The notes under the pieces were generated by a model. The model ran no database searches. It was not told where the DNA came from and saw nothing but the letters and a program-made list of their open reading frames with translations. Shown in pieces: positions 60,790 through 64,000 of a stretch of DNA of 64,000 bases. Source of the DNA: Eledone cirrhosa (lineage: Eukaryota); contig OZ024740.1 of the NCBI GenBank assembly GCA_964016885.1, forward strand, positions 407,092,001 to 407,156,000. The letters are read 5' to 3'. Position 1 is the stretch's first letter, and the number at the start of each line of letters is the position of its first letter. The translations under genes and the position numbers were made by a program.

Positions 60790-63757
60790 TCTGTCTTAAT
60801 GCACACTACTGCTCTAACAGACGACAATGACTTCCTAATCATCGCAGGAGATTTTAACGGACATGTAGGTAAACACTGCGACGGCTTCAATAGAGTACAT
60901 GGAGGCCATGGGGTTGGCACAAGAAATGAGGAAGGATTCAGACTTCTAGAATTCTGCGACGCCAATGACATGTCGATATGTAACACAAACTTTAAAAAAC
61001 CCGACCACCACCTGATCGCCTATAGATCAGGGGAGCACTCCAGTCAGATAGATTTTATCCTCATCAGAGGACGTGACAGATGGACGGTCGTAAACACAAA
61101 AGCCTTCCCTAGTGAGGAATGTACATCCCAACATAGCTTAGTTGTCAGCGACCTCACGGTCAGAACTAGACGAACCTGGAAACAGAGGCCAACCTGGAGA
61201 AGAAAGATCTGGAAGCTGAAAGTCCCCTCAACCAGTAACAGATTTAAAGATATTTTACTCAACGCCTACGACAGTAAAGAAGAACAGATAGAGACATTTA
61301 ATGTAGAAGAGAACTGGGAGTTCCTAAAAAATAATTTACTAGAGGCGACGGATGAGGTCTGTGACTGGAGTAAGACCTCAAGCAGGAGGAGAGTGACTTG
61401 GTGGTGGAACAATAAGGTAGATGAAGCAGTTAAGGCCAAGAGACAGGCATGGAAAGAATGGAAGAACGGGGGGAGCAGGGTACATTACATAGAGACCAAG
61501 AGGGAAGCTAGGCGACAAGTATACTTAGCTAGGAGGGAAGCAGAGGATAGAAAATTCAAGCATGTTTTGCAACGTGAGGACCAGAAACAGGAGGTATTCA
61601 AGATTGCGAGGCAGTGTGTCAGAGATAGTTGTGATGTCATTGGAGAGAAGTGTATCCGGAATGATAAAGGTGAGCTTGCCCTCACAAGTACTGAGAAGAA
61701 AGATGCATGGAAGAGTCATTATGATAGATTACTAAATGAGGAGAATGCATGGGAAGAAGAGACCCTACCCCAAGTAGATCCTATAGAGGGGCCAGCAGTA
61801 CAAGCCAGCAGCAATGTAGTAAGTAAGGCAATCAAAGATATGAAGATGGGGAAGGCAACCGGTCCATCGGGTATAGCTGCCGAGATGCTGAAGGCATCTG
61901 GGTCTGTAGGTCACACTATAACCACACATATTGTTAACCAGGTAATACTAGAAGGTGTCATACCAAAAGATTGGTGCAGTAGCATCATTGTCAACTGCTA
62001 CAAAGGTAAAGGCGATGCACTAGATAGAGGAAACTATAGAGGTATAAAGCTGATGGACCAGGTCATGAAAGTAACAGAAAGAGTTATAGCACAGTTGATT
62101 AGGGACCGGGTGAAAATAGACGAGATGCAATTTGGGTTTGTACCAGGAAGAGGCACCACTGATGCCCTCTTCCTTGTGAGGCAGTTACAGGAAAAGTACC
62201 TAGCTAAAAGTAAGCCACTCTACTTGGCATTTGTCGACCTTGAGAAAGCCTTTGACAGAGTTCCACGTGCTGTAATCTGGTGGGCTCTTAGAAAACTAGG
62301 AGTAGATGAATGGCTTGTGAAAGCGGTACAAGCCATATATAGGGGAGCAGTCAGCAAAGTTAGGATTAGCAATGAGTATAGCAAGGAATTTAGCGTACAG
62401 GTTGGGGTCCACCAGGGATATGTTCTTAGCCCCCTCCTGTTCATCATAGTCCTGCAGGCAATAACGGAGGAGTTTAAGACCGGATGCCCATGGGAACTCT
62501 TGTATGCTGATGACCTCGCACTCATAGCTGAATCTATGGTAGAACTAGAGAATAAATTCCAAACTTGGAAGCAGGGACTAGAAAGAAAGGGTCTCAAAGT
62601 CAACATGACAAAGACTAAGGTCCTTGTAAGTAGACGAGAAACCAGAACCCAGATCCCCTCAGGGAAATGGCCTTGCTCAGTATGTAGGAAAGGTGTAAGT
62701 AGGAACTCCATTCTCTGCCCCAAATGCAAACAATGGGTACACAAGAGATGTAGCGGGATCTCAGGAAGCTTAATTAAGAATGTAGGCTTCACATGTAGCA
62801 GCTGTGCTGAGACAGCAAACAGCCACAGGAAACAAGTACCACCAATCTCTGGGAGGGCTCTGTAGAAACAGTAGACAGCTTCTGCTACCTAGGTGACCGA
62901 ATTAGCAGCGGAGGTGGGTGTTCAGAAAGTACAATAACTAGGGTAAGAACGGGATGGAAGAAGTTCAGGGAACTACTACCACTGCTAGATGCAAAAGGCT
63001 TCTCCCTCAAAATGAAAGGCAGACTGTATGATGCGTGTATCCGAACAGCAATGTTACATGGCAGTGACACCTGGGCGCTGAAGGTGGAAGACTTACGTAG
63101 ATTAGAGAGAAACGAAGCCTGCATGCTCCGATGGATGTGTAACAGTAATATACGCGAACGGCAAAGCATAAATGAATTGAGAGAGAGACTGAGCATAAGA
63201 GGAATCAAATGCTGTGTGCAGGAGAGGCGGTTGCGCTGGTATGGACATGTGATGCGTATGAAGGATGACAGCTGCATAAAAAGGTGCAGAGCACTAGAAG
63301 TTGATGGAAACCGCGGAGTGGGGAAACCCAAGATGACCTGGGATGAGGTGATAAAAGCCGACCTTACCCAATTAAACCTCTCAAAGGCAATGACACACGA
63401 CCGTGACCTCTGGCGTCACGCAGTAATACAGAGTACCCGACCTCCCATGGGTACAAGCTGAAGGATATAGACAATATGCCCCCACACACCCCACTGCAAG
63501 GTGGTCGTGGAGGTGCCACGACAAAAAAGCACCCAGCCCACACTGTAAAGTGGACGTGTAGGCGCCACGAAAAAGCACCCAGCACTCACTGTAAATGAGG
63601 TTGGTGTTAGGAAGGGCATCCAGCTGTAGAAATCAAGCCAAATCAGTTCCTGTATGAGCAAGGCATGGTCAGCCAACCAGACACTGCCCACAACAGGACA
63701 ACCCGTCTAACCCATGTTAGCGTGGAAGAATGGACGTAAAACGGTGATGATAATGAT
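60790..63757 (+). mobile_element. young RTE-clade LINE, 5'-truncated within the endonuclease, one frameshift near 62830-62865
   Basis: AGDFNGHVG, SQIDFIL, NYRGIKL, FVDLEKAFDRVP, LLYADD, C4HC3-type finger; next frame continues [16 protein letters not shown]; (GAT)n tail. Confidence 0.96.
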
Positions 63758-64000
63758 ATATAGCCAGCACAAGAAAGATCAAGATAGCAATTCATGATAT
63801 TCACCCTGCTAAGAGCAGATGATACCCACCTACTATTCGTTTCTTTTCTGCTCATAAATGTTTCTTGCATAGGAACAAACTGGGCAACAGCTGCATCAAC
63901 ATACTGGTCTGGGAAGGCATACAAAAGTTATTGGGATTGCCCTCACCCATTAACTAAATTGTTAATAAAATAATAAAATGTAGTTTGCTTGAAGCATTGT

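Noticed and set aside
62220-63331. Antisense ORFs over the RTE
   Set aside because: Shadow frames of the LINE ORF with no independent evidence.

Overview
Eukaryotic (animal) genomic DNA: AT-rich, dense in microsatellites, with one 200-N gap. The repeat content suggests an octopod cephalopod, but this is inference. Most of the window is one host gene on the + strand, folylpolyglutamate synthase (FPGS). I reconstructed it by hand as 13 GT-AG exons (5139-54914) with consistent phases, encoding 606 aa from ATG1 (mitochondrial-type leader) or 542 aa from in-frame ATG2. Introns and flanks are filled with RTE-, CR1-, CRE- and R4/Dong-like LINE relics, tRNA-derived SINEs, non-autonomous Helitrons, hAT, mariner-type and TTAA (piggyBac-like) MITEs, and two minisatellites that appear to derive from LINE coding sequence. 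The main unexplained signal is five sequence-unrelated type I hammerhead ribozyme motifs (four with complete cores, one decayed), all sense to the FPGS transcript. Other points of interest: a long-TIR element with GC-rich cargo upstream of the gene, a 1.2-kb AG-free minisatellite zone abutting exon 9, a twin-primed inverted LINE, and a candidate E2F/CHR promoter downstream. All calls come from manual reading; no searches or folding programs were run.
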